Shown one piece after another: positions 1-9,387 of a stretch of DNA of 34,983 bases. The stretch is from a virus. Taxonomy: Duplodnaviria > Caudoviricetes. Both the position numbers and the translations under genes were made by a program. Location of the stretch: positions 1 to 34,983 of IMG/VR virus record IMGVR_UViG_3300021978_000003; one strand, written 5' to 3'. The notes under the pieces are model-generated. The model searched no databases, was not told the origin of the DNA, and saw nothing but the letters and a program-made list of their open reading frames with translations. Positions within the stretch are counted from its first letter, which is position 1. The number at the start of each line of letters is the position of its first letter.

Positions 1-1569
1 CCTCAGTGCGGTTCAAGGGATGCACTAGCAGTCTACAATACAGGGACTGCTTGGTGCTTCTCTTGTTCTACACATATAAGGGACTATGACACTAGTGAAC
101 AGAGAATAGGAGAGGCTAATATGACTCGTGACTCTTTCGTGAGAGGAGAGTACCTAGATCTAGGAGCACGTAAGATATCAAAAGCTACGTGCAGGAAGTA
201 TGGATACCACGTAGCAGAGGTGAATGGTACTTATGCTCAGATCGCTGACTATATTAAAGATGGAGAAGTAATAGGACAAAAGGTAAGGTTTGCAGACAAG
301 ACATTCAAAGTAAATGGCACAGTTAATGCTACTACTTTATTTGGTCAGCATCTGTGGCGTGATAAAGGTAAGCAAGTAATCATAACTGAAGGAGAAATAG
401 ATTGTCTTAGTGTTGCAGAAGCATTCGGATCAAAGTTCCCTGTGGTTTCACTTCCAAACGGAGCACAGAGTGCTGAACGTGTGATACGTACAAATCTAGA
501 ATGGATTGAAGGCTTTAGTTCAGTTCTTTTATGGTTTGACAATGACAAAGCTGGGCGTGAGGCAGTTGAGCGTGTGCTACCTATCATTAGTGCTGGTAAA
601 GTACGTGTGATTAGTACTCGATACAAAGATGCTAATGATCTACTTATAAGTGAAGGTAAAGCTAGTGTACTCAGTGCTACCTATGAAGCTAAAGAGTGGA
701 GACCAGATGGCATACTACTATGCAGTGAACTGTGGGACAAGTACAAAGAGAAGCAGGTCTTTGACAAAGCAGAGTACCCGTATCCCAAGATGAATGAGAT
801 GTTCAAGGGCTTACGTAAGGGTGAGTTAGTTACATTCACTGCTGGTGCTGGGATGGGCAAGTCTACAATTGTTAGAGAAATTGCTTATGATCTAATGCTC
901 CATCAAGACAAGAAGATTGGATACATAGCATTAGAAGAGAACTGGAAGCGTACTATTACTGCGTTCTTAGGCATGTATGTACGTAGACCTCTGTTCTATG
1001 ACAATGAACTGACTCCTGAACAAGAGAAGGAAGCGTGGGATGAAACAGTAGGCAAAGGTAAGCTGTATTTGTATGATCACTTTGGATCAATAGAAACTGA
1101 AAACTTACTCAACAAAATAAGGGTAATGGTACACACATGTGGTGTTGACTATGTAGTACTAGATCATATATCCATTGTTGTAAGTGGTATGGACACAGGT
1201 GATGAGCGTAGAGCTATTGATAAGCTGATGACTGAGCTTAGATCATTGGTTGAAGAGACACAGATAGGTATGTTAATCATTAGTCACTTGCGTAGGACAG
1301 GAGACAATAAGAATCACGAAGATGGTGCTCAAATTTCTCTTGGACAATTGAGAGGGAGTGGAGGCATAGCACAATTAAGTGATGGTGTAATAGGACTAGA
1401 GCGTAATGCACAAAGTGAAGACCAAGGCGATGTCATCAGGATACGTGTACTAAAGAATAGGTTCGCAGGATCACTAGGTTTAGCAGACACCTTGATTTAC
1501 AGTAAGCAGACAGGTAGAATTGAGCTATCACCAAGTGAGGAGACCTCTTTTGAAAACACTGACTTTTGA
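1..1569 (+). CDS. DNA primase-helicase (T7 gp4-like), 5'-truncated; internal in-frame start at 121
   Basis: Frame is open from base 1 (PQCGSRDALAVYNTGTAWCFSC, zinc-binding domain). TOPRIM ITEGEIDCLSV/FDNDKAG; SF4 helicase motifs AGAGMGKST, LDHISIVVSG, LRGSGGIAQLSD, VLKNRF. Confidence 0.97.
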   Translation, partial: PQCGSRDALAVYNTGTAWCFSCSTHIRDYDTSEQRIGEANMTRDSFVRGEYLDLGARKISKATCRKYGYHVAEVNGTYAQIADYIKDGEVIGQKVRFADKTFKVNGTVNATTLFGQHLWRDKGKQVIITEGEIDCLSVAEAFGSKFPVVSLPNGAQSAERVIRTNLEWIEGFSSVLLWFDNDKAGREAVERVLPIISAGKVRVISTRYKDANDLLISEGKASVLSATYEAKEWRPDGILLCSELWDKYKEKQVFDKAEYPYPKMNEMFKGLRKGELVTFTAGAGMGKSTIVREIAYDLMLHQDKKIGYIALEENWKRTITAFLGMYVRRPLFYDNELTPEQEKEAWDETVGKGKLYLYDHFGSIETENLLNKIRVMVHTCGVDYVVLDHISIVVSGMDTGDERRAIDKLMTELRSLVEETQIGMLIISHLRRTGDNKNHEDGAQISLGQLRGSGGIAQLSDGVIGLERNAQSEDQGDVIRIRVLKNRFAGSLGLADTLIYSKQTGRIELSPSEETSFENTDF

Positions 1570-3331
1570 TATTGAATGTGATGGCTTACTACAAGAGTGC
1601 ACCAAGATACATTGTGCTGTTGTCTACGATCACGAGATGGGGGAGTATCATTCGTATGTTCCCAACAATATACACAGACTACCATTACTACTACAGACTG
1701 CTGATGTAGTTATAGGTCATAATATTATTGGCTATGACTTGCCAGTACTTAAGAAACTATACAACTTAGAACTTGATTGTGAAATAGTAGACACACTGAT
1801 CTACAGCAAGTTAGCGTACTATGATCTGGAAGAACGTGAAGCATTACATGCTAAGGTAGAACCCAAGCTGAAGACAAGTCATTCACTTAAAGCATGGGGT
1901 CAGCGTATGGACTTTCCTAAAGGAGAGTATGCTGGCGGTTGGGATGTGTTCACTGCGGATATGTTGAAGTACTGTAACCGTGATGTTGCTTGTACATACA
2001 AACTCTATAGACACTTAGTTACTTATAAGTACAAAGTACCCAGTGAAGCACTAAGTTTAGAGCACAAGTTTGCTACTATTATTCAGAAGCAGACAGAGAA
2101 AGGCTGGTACTTCGATACTAAACGTGCTCAAAGATTACACGTAGAGTTGCAAAGAGAAAAGGAAAGTATTGAATGTGAACTAGAGGAAGTGTTCCAGCCT
2201 TTATACTTTGGTAGCGTAGTCAAGGAGTACAAGAAGTATCCTCGTAACTCTACGTGTAAAGTAACAGGCAATCGTGTTCAGACTGTAGGTGAGTTCACAC
2301 CTGTCAAGTTAACTGAGTTCAATGCTGGATCACGTAAGCATATATACAAGTGGTTGCATCATATGTATGGGTGGAAGCCCAAGGAATACACAGACAAAGG
2401 TAGTGTAATAGTTGATGCAACTATATTAGGTAAACTGCCGTACAAGGAAGCCCAGCTACTCAGTAAGTACTTTGACTTACAGAAGGTGCTTGGCATGATT
2501 ATTGAAGGTAAAAACGCATGGCTAAAACTAGTCGATGAAGGGCAGAGGATTCATGGTGAGCTTGATATTCTTGGTGCTGTTTCAGGTCGCTGTACACATC
2601 GTACCCCAAATCTGGCTCAAGTCCCAAGTGGAAGATCTTTTAAAGGTAAAGAGTGCAGGGAGTTGTTTACTGTACCAGAAGGGTATCAACTTGTAGGAGT
2701 TGATGCAAATTCTTTAGAGCTTAGAATGCTTGCACACTATATGGCATTCTTTGACAAGGGTGCCTATGGTAGGGAGCTATTGAATGGAGACATTCATACT
2801 CACAATCAGAAGATGGCAGGTCTTGATACTCGTGATCAAGCTAAGACTTTTATTTATGCACTACTATATGGTGCTGGAAGTGGCAAGCTAGGTGCAGTAG
2901 TAGGAGGCAGTAGTAAACGAGGTGAACAGCTTAAGAAGAAGTTCTTTACCAGTATTCCAGCACTGTCAAAGCTGACAAAGAGTGTACAAAGTAAGTACCA
3001 AGAGATAGGCTACTTGCGTGGTATCACAGGACGTAGACTGTACATACGAAGTGAGCATAGTGCTTTGAATACACTGTTGCAGAGTGCTGGTGCATATGTG
3101 ATGAAGTATTACGCTATACTACTCGACCAGAACTTACAAAAGTATGGGGATGCTGTAGCATTTGTAGGCAATATCCACGATGAGATTCAACTAGAAGTTC
3201 GTAATGATATAGTGGATGAAGTCAAAGACATCTGTGAGCATACGTTCAGTAGTATTACTACTCAACTTAAATGGAGACTACCTTTACAGGGTAAGGCTAA
3301 GTCAGGTCTTACATGGATGGATACCCATTGA
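1550..3331 (+). CDS. Family A DNA polymerase (T7 gp5-like)
   Basis: Exo motifs FDIECDG, GHNIIGYD, YCNRDV; polymerase motifs DANSLELR, RDQAKTFIYALLYG, IHDEIQ. Start placed at TTG 1550 (GAGGAG at 1537-1542) rather than 1520. Confidence 0.97.
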   Translation: MKTLTFDIECDGLLQECTKIHCAVVYDHEMGEYHSYVPNNIHRLPLLLQTADVVIGHNIIGYDLPVLKKLYNLELDCEIVDTLIYSKLAYYDLEEREALHAKVEPKLKTSHSLKAWGQRMDFPKGEYAGGWDVFTADMLKYCNRDVACTYKLYRHLVTYKYKVPSEALSLEHKFATIIQKQTEKGWYFDTKRAQRLHVELQREKESIECELEEVFQPLYFGSVVKEYKKYPRNSTCKVTGNRVQTVGEFTPVKLTEFNAGSRKHIYKWLHHMYGWKPKEYTDKGSVIVDATILGKLPYKEAQLLSKYFDLQKVLGMIIEGKNAWLKLVDEGQRIHGELDILGAVSGRCTHRTPNLAQVPSGRSFKGKECRELFTVPEGYQLVGVDANSLELRMLAHYMAFFDKGAYGRELLNGDIHTHNQKMAGLDTRDQAKTFIYALLYGAGSGKLGAVVGGSSKRGEQLKKKFFTSIPALSKLTKSVQSKYQEIGYLRGITGRRLYIRSEHSALNTLLQSAGAYVMKYYAILLDQNLQKYGDAVAFVGNIHDEIQLEVRNDIVDEVKDICEHTFSSITTQLKWRLPLQGKAKSGLTWMDTH

Positions 3332-3360
3332 AAAATAGGTGAAAAATTTAGGAGAGAATA

Positions 3361-3825
3361 ATGAAACCAGTTCATTTTGATATTCCTTTTCCTTTGATTA
3401 AGGGCAAGGGTGGTGTGATGAGATTACTGAGTGCTAACTTGTACAGGAATGCGTACTTTCATACGCTTAACAATGCCAAGACTGTGTATGACAAGGTGCT
3501 AGACCCAGTGCTACAAAATATTAAACCATTCACACACCCAGTTAAGATTGACTTTAAGTTCTTCTTTAAAACTAAAAGACGTAGAGACATAGACAACTTT
3601 CAGTTCCCAGTCAGTAAGTTCTTGTGTGATTCCATGACCAAGAGATCTATACTAGTTGATGACAACATGATGTACTATCCAGAAATGTCTGCTAGTTGGG
3701 GTGGTCTATCTGATGCTGACTATGTACAGATTACTATTAGTAAAAGTAAAGTAAAGATTGATCCAACACTAAAGGCTCCCAAGCGTACAGGCTGGGGAAA
3801 TAAATTGAGTCAGGAGGATGAATGA
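3361..3825 (+). CDS. RusA-like Holliday junction resolvase/endonuclease
   Basis: RRRDIDNF...LCDSM...LVDDN pattern typical of the RusA family; SD AGGAGA upstream. Confidence 0.75.
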   Translation: MKPVHFDIPFPLIKGKGGVMRLLSANLYRNAYFHTLNNAKTVYDKVLDPVLQNIKPFTHPVKIDFKFFFKTKRRRDIDNFQFPVSKFLCDSMTKRSILVDDNMMYYPEMSASWGGLSDADYVQITISKSKVKIDPTLKAPKRTGWGNKLSQEDE

Positions 3826-4370
3826 TGAGTGTAGAAGAGGAAGCATGTGAAGACGGTAGGATGAATGCATACAAGAAGGAAGTAGTAGAGTGGAACATGG
3901 ATCGTAATGGACTTGTGTTTGATCGTGAGCTAGAAGAAGGTATGCTAATTGAAGAGCTTAATGAATTCATGGTAGCTACAGACTTAGCAGATCATCTAGA
4001 TGCACAAGCTGACTATAGGTTTGTACTTGAAGGAACAACATGTAAGTTCTTAAGTGCAGGTGTACCTAGTACTGAAAGTATGGAGTGGTGGATCAGACTT
4101 AAGAACTGGTCTACTGGATGCCTGGAGTTTATGGATCAGATTGTCAGGGATCATCTAGAGAATACTTACCCTACTCTTGATTCAGATGATGTAGATAGTA
4201 TGATTAGTGAAGTGTTTGGCATTGTGTGTGATGCTAATAAAAAGAAACCTAAGAGTGTTGAACATGAAGGTAAGATACCCAAGGGTACATTATGGGTAGA
4301 TCCTAAGTGTGCTATTTTGGATTGCATTAAGTGGTACACTGTAGATCAATTGAAGTCTAAGTCACACTAG
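3822..4370 (+). CDS. MazG-superfamily NTP pyrophosphohydrolase-like protein
   Basis: Acidic helical motif LIEELNEF...DHLDAQAD, then ANxxK...GKIPK...P tail seen in phage NTP-PPases; SD AGGAGG. Confidence 0.6.
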   Translation: MMSVEEEACEDGRMNAYKKEVVEWNMDRNGLVFDRELEEGMLIEELNEFMVATDLADHLDAQADYRFVLEGTTCKFLSAGVPSTESMEWWIRLKNWSTGCLEFMDQIVRDHLENTYPTLDSDDVDSMISEVFGIVCDANKKKPKSVEHEGKIPKGTLWVDPKCAILDCIKWYTVDQLKSKSH

Positions 4371-4832
4371 ATGATCTATCGTATACTTAGTAAAGATGGA
4401 GTACTTGTAACTGAATGGGGAGAAGATAGTATGAAGCATGAACATTCTATAACACATGAAGAACATAAATCAAAGAACTTAAACAAGTATGTAGAATCCA
4501 CTAAGAAACGACTGAATGATTTAACGCAAGATGATTGGGATAAAGTTAGAACAAGTAAGCATGTAAAGTCTCCCATGCCTAAGTCATTGATGGAAGATTC
4601 TTATGATCGTTCTATGGAACTTGCTAATAATTTCTTAGACGGGGATGAATCAATCAATCCTCACTACTACAAGAAAGGCATAGAGTGCATTGATTACATT
4701 AAAAGTAAAGGTATGAACTATATGGAAGGCAACGTAGTTAAGTATGTAACTAGATACAAAGATAAGAATGGTGTGGAAGATCTGAAGAAGGCTAGGTGGT
4801 ATTTAGATCAGTTAATTAGCTCACTAGAATGA
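4371..4832 (+). CDS. DUF3310 protein (T7 gp1.7 nucleotide kinase-like); alternative start at 4431
   Basis: INPHYY..GIECIDYI...EGNVVKYVTRY..KNGVEDLKKARWYL signature. Confidence 0.85.
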   Translation: MIYRILSKDGVLVTEWGEDSMKHEHSITHEEHKSKNLNKYVESTKKRLNDLTQDDWDKVRTSKHVKSPMPKSLMEDSYDRSMELANNFLDGDESINPHYYKKGIECIDYIKSKGMNYMEGNVVKYVTRYKDKNGVEDLKKARWYLDQLISSLE

Positions 4833-5158
4833 GTAGGCATACATGTAGAGGAGATGGGAAAGAAGTAAGTAAAAATTTACATCAAGACATGCCTACTTTA
4901 AAGTATGATCAGTTTGTATTCGCTACACGTTTAACCGTGAACCCTAGTGCGTGGGAAGTAAACATTGAAAACTATATGGAATACCTGAACAAGAAAGGTT
5001 ACAGGGTTCCACTTGAGTTTATACTTCCTGGCATTGAGTCAGCTAGAACAGCGGCTATTAGTGCTGACATTGAACAGGACTATGACTCAAGTGAGTTACT
5101 TAAGTACAGAGTAGACATGTGTCAATGTGGTAAACCTAGACTAGTGGAAAAAGAATGA
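4829..5158 (+). CDS. Hypothetical protein (N-terminal HxC and C-terminal CxC)
   Basis: Fills the gap between neighbours with 4-nt overlaps at both ends; no family recognised. Confidence 0.7.
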   Translation: MSRHTCRGDGKEVSKNLHQDMPTLKYDQFVFATRLTVNPSAWEVNIENYMEYLNKKGYRVPLEFILPGIESARTAAISADIEQDYDSSELLKYRVDMCQCGKPRLVEKE

Positions 5159-5397
5159 ATAATCCATTTACAAAACATCCTAATGACACAGCCGGTCCAG
5201 AAGGCTACTGGGTTCACTTTCATAGGTCATTTTTTAATGGATGGGTATTGATATGGGCAGGAATTACGGCAATTATCCATGCAGTATTTCCTTGGTGGTT
5301 TAAGTTTTATACAGTAGAGACTCTCATTAGGATCTATTGGACAACCTTACATAATTCAATCAGACATGCTAACCTAATTGAAAAGTATAAAGAATGA
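5155..5397 (+). CDS. Small membrane protein, DUF6356-like
   Basis: NPFTKHP...Y..H...AIIHAVFPWWF pattern resembles the bacterial DUF6356 family; hydrophobic core; ATGA overlaps. Confidence 0.6.
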   Translation: MNNPFTKHPNDTAGPEGYWVHFHRSFFNGWVLIWAGITAIIHAVFPWWFKFYTVETLIRIYWTTLHNSIRHANLIEKYKE

Positions 5398-5660
5398 AGA
5401 AACTATTGAAGTTTAGTGCATCGTGGTGTGGATCATGTAAAGATTATCAATTAGTCTGGGATCGAGTGGTAAAGGATCTACATGCTGACTGGGACGTACA
5501 AGAGATATCACTTGATGATGAGTCTGCTACTGATATTGCTATTCAGTATGGGGTCAAGACACTTCCTACTACTATTATAGTTAAAGATGAGCATGTCAAG
5601 ATACTTAGAGGTAAGCAGACACGTAGACAACTATTATCAGCTATAGGAATAACCAAGTGA
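5394..5660 (+). CDS. Thioredoxin-family protein
   Basis: FSASWCGSCK active site; YGVKTLPT cis-Pro motif. Confidence 0.9.
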   Translation: MKKLLKFSASWCGSCKDYQLVWDRVVKDLHADWDVQEISLDDESATDIAIQYGVKTLPTTIIVKDEHVKILRGKQTRRQLLSAIGITK

Positions 5661-6412
5661 AAGCACTCATCGATGCTGACTCAATCATATACAAGTACGC
5701 GAGTATTAATCAAGATGTTATTGAATGGGAACCTGATGTTACTAGTGTGTTCTTTAATATTCGTGATGCAAAGATAGGCATAAGCAGGCACATCGATGAG
5801 ATACTTGAAAACACAGGTTGTACTGAAGCTCTACTGGTGCTTAGTCCTAGCACTAACTTTAGATACAATGTACTCCCTACTTATAAGTGGAACCGTAAGA
5901 AGTCTGTGCACCCACTAGAAATGTTGATGCCACTAAAGAGATGGGTGTACGCTACATTCAATGTACATGTTCCATGCTATGTGGAAGCAGATGACTTCTG
6001 TGTATGGCTTACCATGTTCGAGCCTACCAAGTGGGTGATATGTCATATCGATAAAGACCTTGACCAAGCACCCGGAAAGCATTATAATTATTCAAAGAAA
6101 AAGAACTATTACATTAGTGAACAAGAAGCAGAGTACAAGTTCTACGAACAAGTACTAGTTGGCGATACAAGTGATGGCTATAAAGGATGTCCTAATATAG
6201 GTAAGGTCAGGTGTGCAAAGATTTTAGATCCAGACAGTGCACACTTAGGAGAGCAGAGAACTACGTGGGAATTAATCGTGGACACGTATGTAAGTAAAGG
6301 CTTAACACACGAGGATGCATTACAGCAAGCGAGAGTAGCAAGGATGCTCACTCCAAATGAATGGGATGGAGAAGATAACATTGAACTCTGGAGTCCAATA
6401 GATGGAGACTAA
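5657..6412 (+). CDS. 5'-3' exonuclease (T7 gp6-like)
   Basis: ALIDADS, NFRY..LPTYK.NR, EADD, IDKDL, GDTSDGYKGCP, QARVARML motifs. Confidence 0.93.
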   Translation: MKALIDADSIIYKYASINQDVIEWEPDVTSVFFNIRDAKIGISRHIDEILENTGCTEALLVLSPSTNFRYNVLPTYKWNRKKSVHPLEMLMPLKRWVYATFNVHVPCYVEADDFCVWLTMFEPTKWVICHIDKDLDQAPGKHYNYSKKKNYYISEQEAEYKFYEQVLVGDTSDGYKGCPNIGKVRCAKILDPDSAHLGEQRTTWELIVDTYVSKGLTHEDALQQARVARMLTPNEWDGEDNIELWSPIDGD

Positions 6413-8162
6413 AGTAGTAAGTAGTACAGGAATTATAGATATTGATTACCAAAGGGATGCCTTGCTTAGTCCCTTTTCACATGCAACATTGCAAGATAGA
6501 TACTTGGTTGAAGGCGAGTCACCTCAAGATGCTTTTGCAAGGACATCTATTACGTTTAGTGATAGTCCTGAGATGGCACAACGCATGTATGACTATGTAA
6601 GTAAGTTGTGGATGTCTTACTCTACACCTGTACTAGCTAACTCAAAGAAGAATACAAAGGGCTTGCCTATTAGTTGCTTCTTGAACTATGTAGATGATTC
6701 AATCAAAGGACTAAACGAACACACACTAGAGTCTAGATTACTTAGTGTAGCGGGAGGAGGGGTAGGAGCACACTGGTCTAGTGTCCGAGGGCATACGGAT
6801 AAGAGTCCCGGTGTTATACCCTTCCTCAAGACACAGGATGCAGATGTACTAGCATACCATCAAGGTACTACACGCAGAGGAGCGTATGCTGCTTACATGC
6901 ATGTGTCACATCCAGATATCCTTGAGTTCATAGGTATACGCAAGGCTACTGGTGGTGACATCAATCGTAAGGCATTAAATATTCATCATGGAGTAGTGAT
7001 TAGTCAGGAGTTTCTTGATGCTGTACGACATGATGCAGACTGGTATCTAGTTGCACCAGAAACAGGCAAGGTAGTAGACAAGACTGGTGCTAGAGATTTG
7101 TACAAGACACTACTGGTTACAAGACACCAGACAGGTGAGCCTTACATAATGAATGAAGATGTTGTACATGAGTTACAACCAATAGCACACAAAGAGAAAG
7201 GACTACGTGTGCATGGTAGTAATTTATGTGCAGAGATCATGCTTCCTACTACTCCTGAGCGAACAGCAGTGTGTTGTCTAAGCTCACTTAATTTAGAAAA
7301 GTATGACGATTGGAAAGATACTAATATTGTTGCTGATCTAACACGCTTCTTAGACAATGTATTGGAATACTTTATTACTACTAGTGATACAAAGGACTAC
7401 TGGAGAGCTATTAATAGTGCAACCAAAGAGAGGTCAATAGGTATAGGAGCTATGGGTTATCATGCATTGCTTCAGAAGCGAGGTATTCCTTTTGAGTCAG
7501 CCTTAGCTATCAGTGTTAACAGGCGTATATTCAAACAGATAAAGGAGCAAGCACATGAAGCGTCAATCAAATTGGCCGTTGAACGTGGTACACCCAACGA
7601 CATTCAAGGAACAAGTGATACTGAACGTAGGAATGTTCATCTTCTTGCTATTGCTCCTAACGCTAGTTCCAGTATTCTTGTTGATACGAGTCCTAGCATT
7701 GAGCCTTGGAAAGCTAATGCATTCTTACAAAAGACTGCTAGTGGTTCCTTTCTGGTCAAGAATAGATACCTTCATAAAGAAATAGCAGAGTACTATCCGG
7801 GTAAAGTAGAAGAAACATGGCAATCTATAGTTATCCACAATGGATCTGTACAACACCTGGTGGAGCTACCTGAATGGACAAGGGATGTATTTAAAACAGC
7901 TATTGAAATCAATCAGAACTGGGTTGTACAACATGCTGTGGATCGTCAAGACTATGTATGTCAAAGTCAGAGTGTTAACTTGTTCTTTCCTCCTGAAGTA
8001 GAGTGGGAATATCTACACAAGGTACACTGGAAAGGAATGACTGAGCTTAAGTCACTGTACTATCTTAGAACTGAAGCACTCAGTAGAGCAGAGTCAGTGG
8101 GTGTACAGATTGAGCGTAATGTAATCCCAATCGATGATGAATGTCTAGCATGTGAGGGCTAA
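6402..8162 (+). CDS. nrdA: Ribonucleotide reductase class I alpha subunit, no ATP cone
   Basis: STPVLAN, ISCF, SNLCAEI, APNASSS, SLYYLR and C-terminal CLACEG. Confidence 0.96.
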   Translation: METKVVSSTGIIDIDYQRDALLSPFSHATLQDRYLVEGESPQDAFARTSITFSDSPEMAQRMYDYVSKLWMSYSTPVLANSKKNTKGLPISCFLNYVDDSIKGLNEHTLESRLLSVAGGGVGAHWSSVRGHTDKSPGVIPFLKTQDADVLAYHQGTTRRGAYAAYMHVSHPDILEFIGIRKATGGDINRKALNIHHGVVISQEFLDAVRHDADWYLVAPETGKVVDKTGARDLYKTLLVTRHQTGEPYIMNEDVVHELQPIAHKEKGLRVHGSNLCAEIMLPTTPERTAVCCLSSLNLEKYDDWKDTNIVADLTRFLDNVLEYFITTSDTKDYWRAINSATKERSIGIGAMGYHALLQKRGIPFESALAISVNRRIFKQIKEQAHEASIKLAVERGTPNDIQGTSDTERRNVHLLAIAPNASSSILVDTSPSIEPWKANAFLQKTASGSFLVKNRYLHKEIAEYYPGKVEETWQSIVIHNGSVQHLVELPEWTRDVFKTAIEINQNWVVQHAVDRQDYVCQSQSVNLFFPPEVEWEYLHKVHWKGMTELKSLYYLRTEALSRAESVGVQIERNVIPIDDECLACEG

Positions 8163-9154
8163 TGATGAGTACAATATTTAAACACAGGGACAGCTACAAA
8201 CCCTTTAGTTATGAGTGGGCTTATGAAGCATTCAAAGAACATGAGAAGATGCACTGGACTAGTGAAGAGATTCCACTGCATGAAGACATTAAAGATTGGC
8301 AGACTCGTTTAAGTTTAGAAGAAAAACATCTTATTCGTAACATACTACTACTCTTTACTCAAGCAGACAGTGATGTAGCTAGTGGATATTATGATAAGTT
8401 GATACCTCTATTCCCTGCCCCTGAGTTACGTATGATGATGGGTTCCTTTGCTAATCGTGAAGCAACTCATATGGATGCTTACTCTTTATTGACTGATACA
8501 CTAGGCTTTAGTGAAGACATTTACAGTGAGTTTAGGCAGTATGAAGTGATGGCTAGTAAGCATGACTACATTGAACGCTTTGATCCAAGTAAGTACAGTG
8601 GTGTAGAAGAAGTTGCTAAAACTATAGCTGTATATAGTGGCTTTACAGAAGGTCTACAGTTGTTCAGTTCCTTCGCTATGCTACTTAACTTCCAACGCTT
8701 TGGTAAGATGAAGAACATGGGAGTAGTAGTAGAATGGTCTATCAAGGATGAGACTAAACATATTGAAGGCATGACCAAGGTGTTCCGTACTATGATTGCG
8801 GAGAATCCTGAAGTATGGACAGACGAGTTCAAGTTACATCTGTACACAATTGCTAGGAATATGGTTGAGCTTGAAGACAACTTCATTGACATGGCATTTG
8901 AAAAGGGAGGCATTGAGGGTTTAACACCAGAAGAGATGAAAGATTACATCAGGTACATAGCTGATCGTAGGCTCATGCAACTGGGTCTTAAAGCTAATTG
9001 GTTTGTTGATAATCCTTTACCGTGGATAGATCAACTACTTAGCTCAGTAGTGCACACTAATTTCTTTGAAGCACGTAGCACTGAGTACACTAAAGGTGGA
9101 GTTAAAGGAGACTTTAGTTTGTTACAGTTTCCTAAGATTAAGGGGAACAAATAA
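8162..9154 (+). CDS. nrdB: Ribonucleotide reductase class I beta subunit
   Basis: Metal ligands FTQAD, EATH (with radical Tyr in HMDAY), EGLQLFSSF, DETKH; NFFE...Y tail. Confidence 0.96.
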   Translation: MMSTIFKHRDSYKPFSYEWAYEAFKEHEKMHWTSEEIPLHEDIKDWQTRLSLEEKHLIRNILLLFTQADSDVASGYYDKLIPLFPAPELRMMMGSFANREATHMDAYSLLTDTLGFSEDIYSEFRQYEVMASKHDYIERFDPSKYSGVEEVAKTIAVYSGFTEGLQLFSSFAMLLNFQRFGKMKNMGVVVEWSIKDETKHIEGMTKVFRTMIAENPEVWTDEFKLHLYTIARNMVELEDNFIDMAFEKGGIEGLTPEEMKDYIRYIADRRLMQLGLKANWFVDNPLPWIDQLLSSVVHTNFFEARSTEYTKGGVKGDFSLLQFPKIKGNK

Positions 9155-9387
9155 TGTTTAAGACTTTATTTATAAGTATATTGTTTACAGGTCTATTGAT
9201 ACTACTTACTTTCTACTCAGCTATAGCTCAAGCAGAGTGTTTACTTGATGATGCACGATGGGCTTACGATACAGAAAGTAACATTTTACGTGTATGTCAA
9301 GAGACAGATGAGGGATTTATGATGTGTGTGCAGTTTCCTGAGAAAGTTAAGGTAATCAAAGACTTAGACAATCCATTCAATTTGTAA
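9154..9387 (+). CDS. Small exported/membrane-anchored protein
   Basis: Basic N-terminus, hydrophobic stretch and AQA cleavage-like site; three Cys in the mature part; SD AAGGGG. Confidence 0.65.
   Translation: MFKTLFISILFTGLLILLTFYSAIAQAECLLDDARWAYDTESNILRVCQETDEGFMMCVQFPEKVKVIKDLDNPFNL

Noticed and set aside
4368-4373. TAG read-through or recoding fusing the MazG-like and DUF3310 ORFs
   Set aside because: TAG is a true stop elsewhere (scaffold, gp11, terS), and an SD-supported start exists at 4431.
7831-7839. Perfect DnaA box inside nrdA
   Set aside because: Isolated, within coding sequence (IVIHN); compatible with chance.
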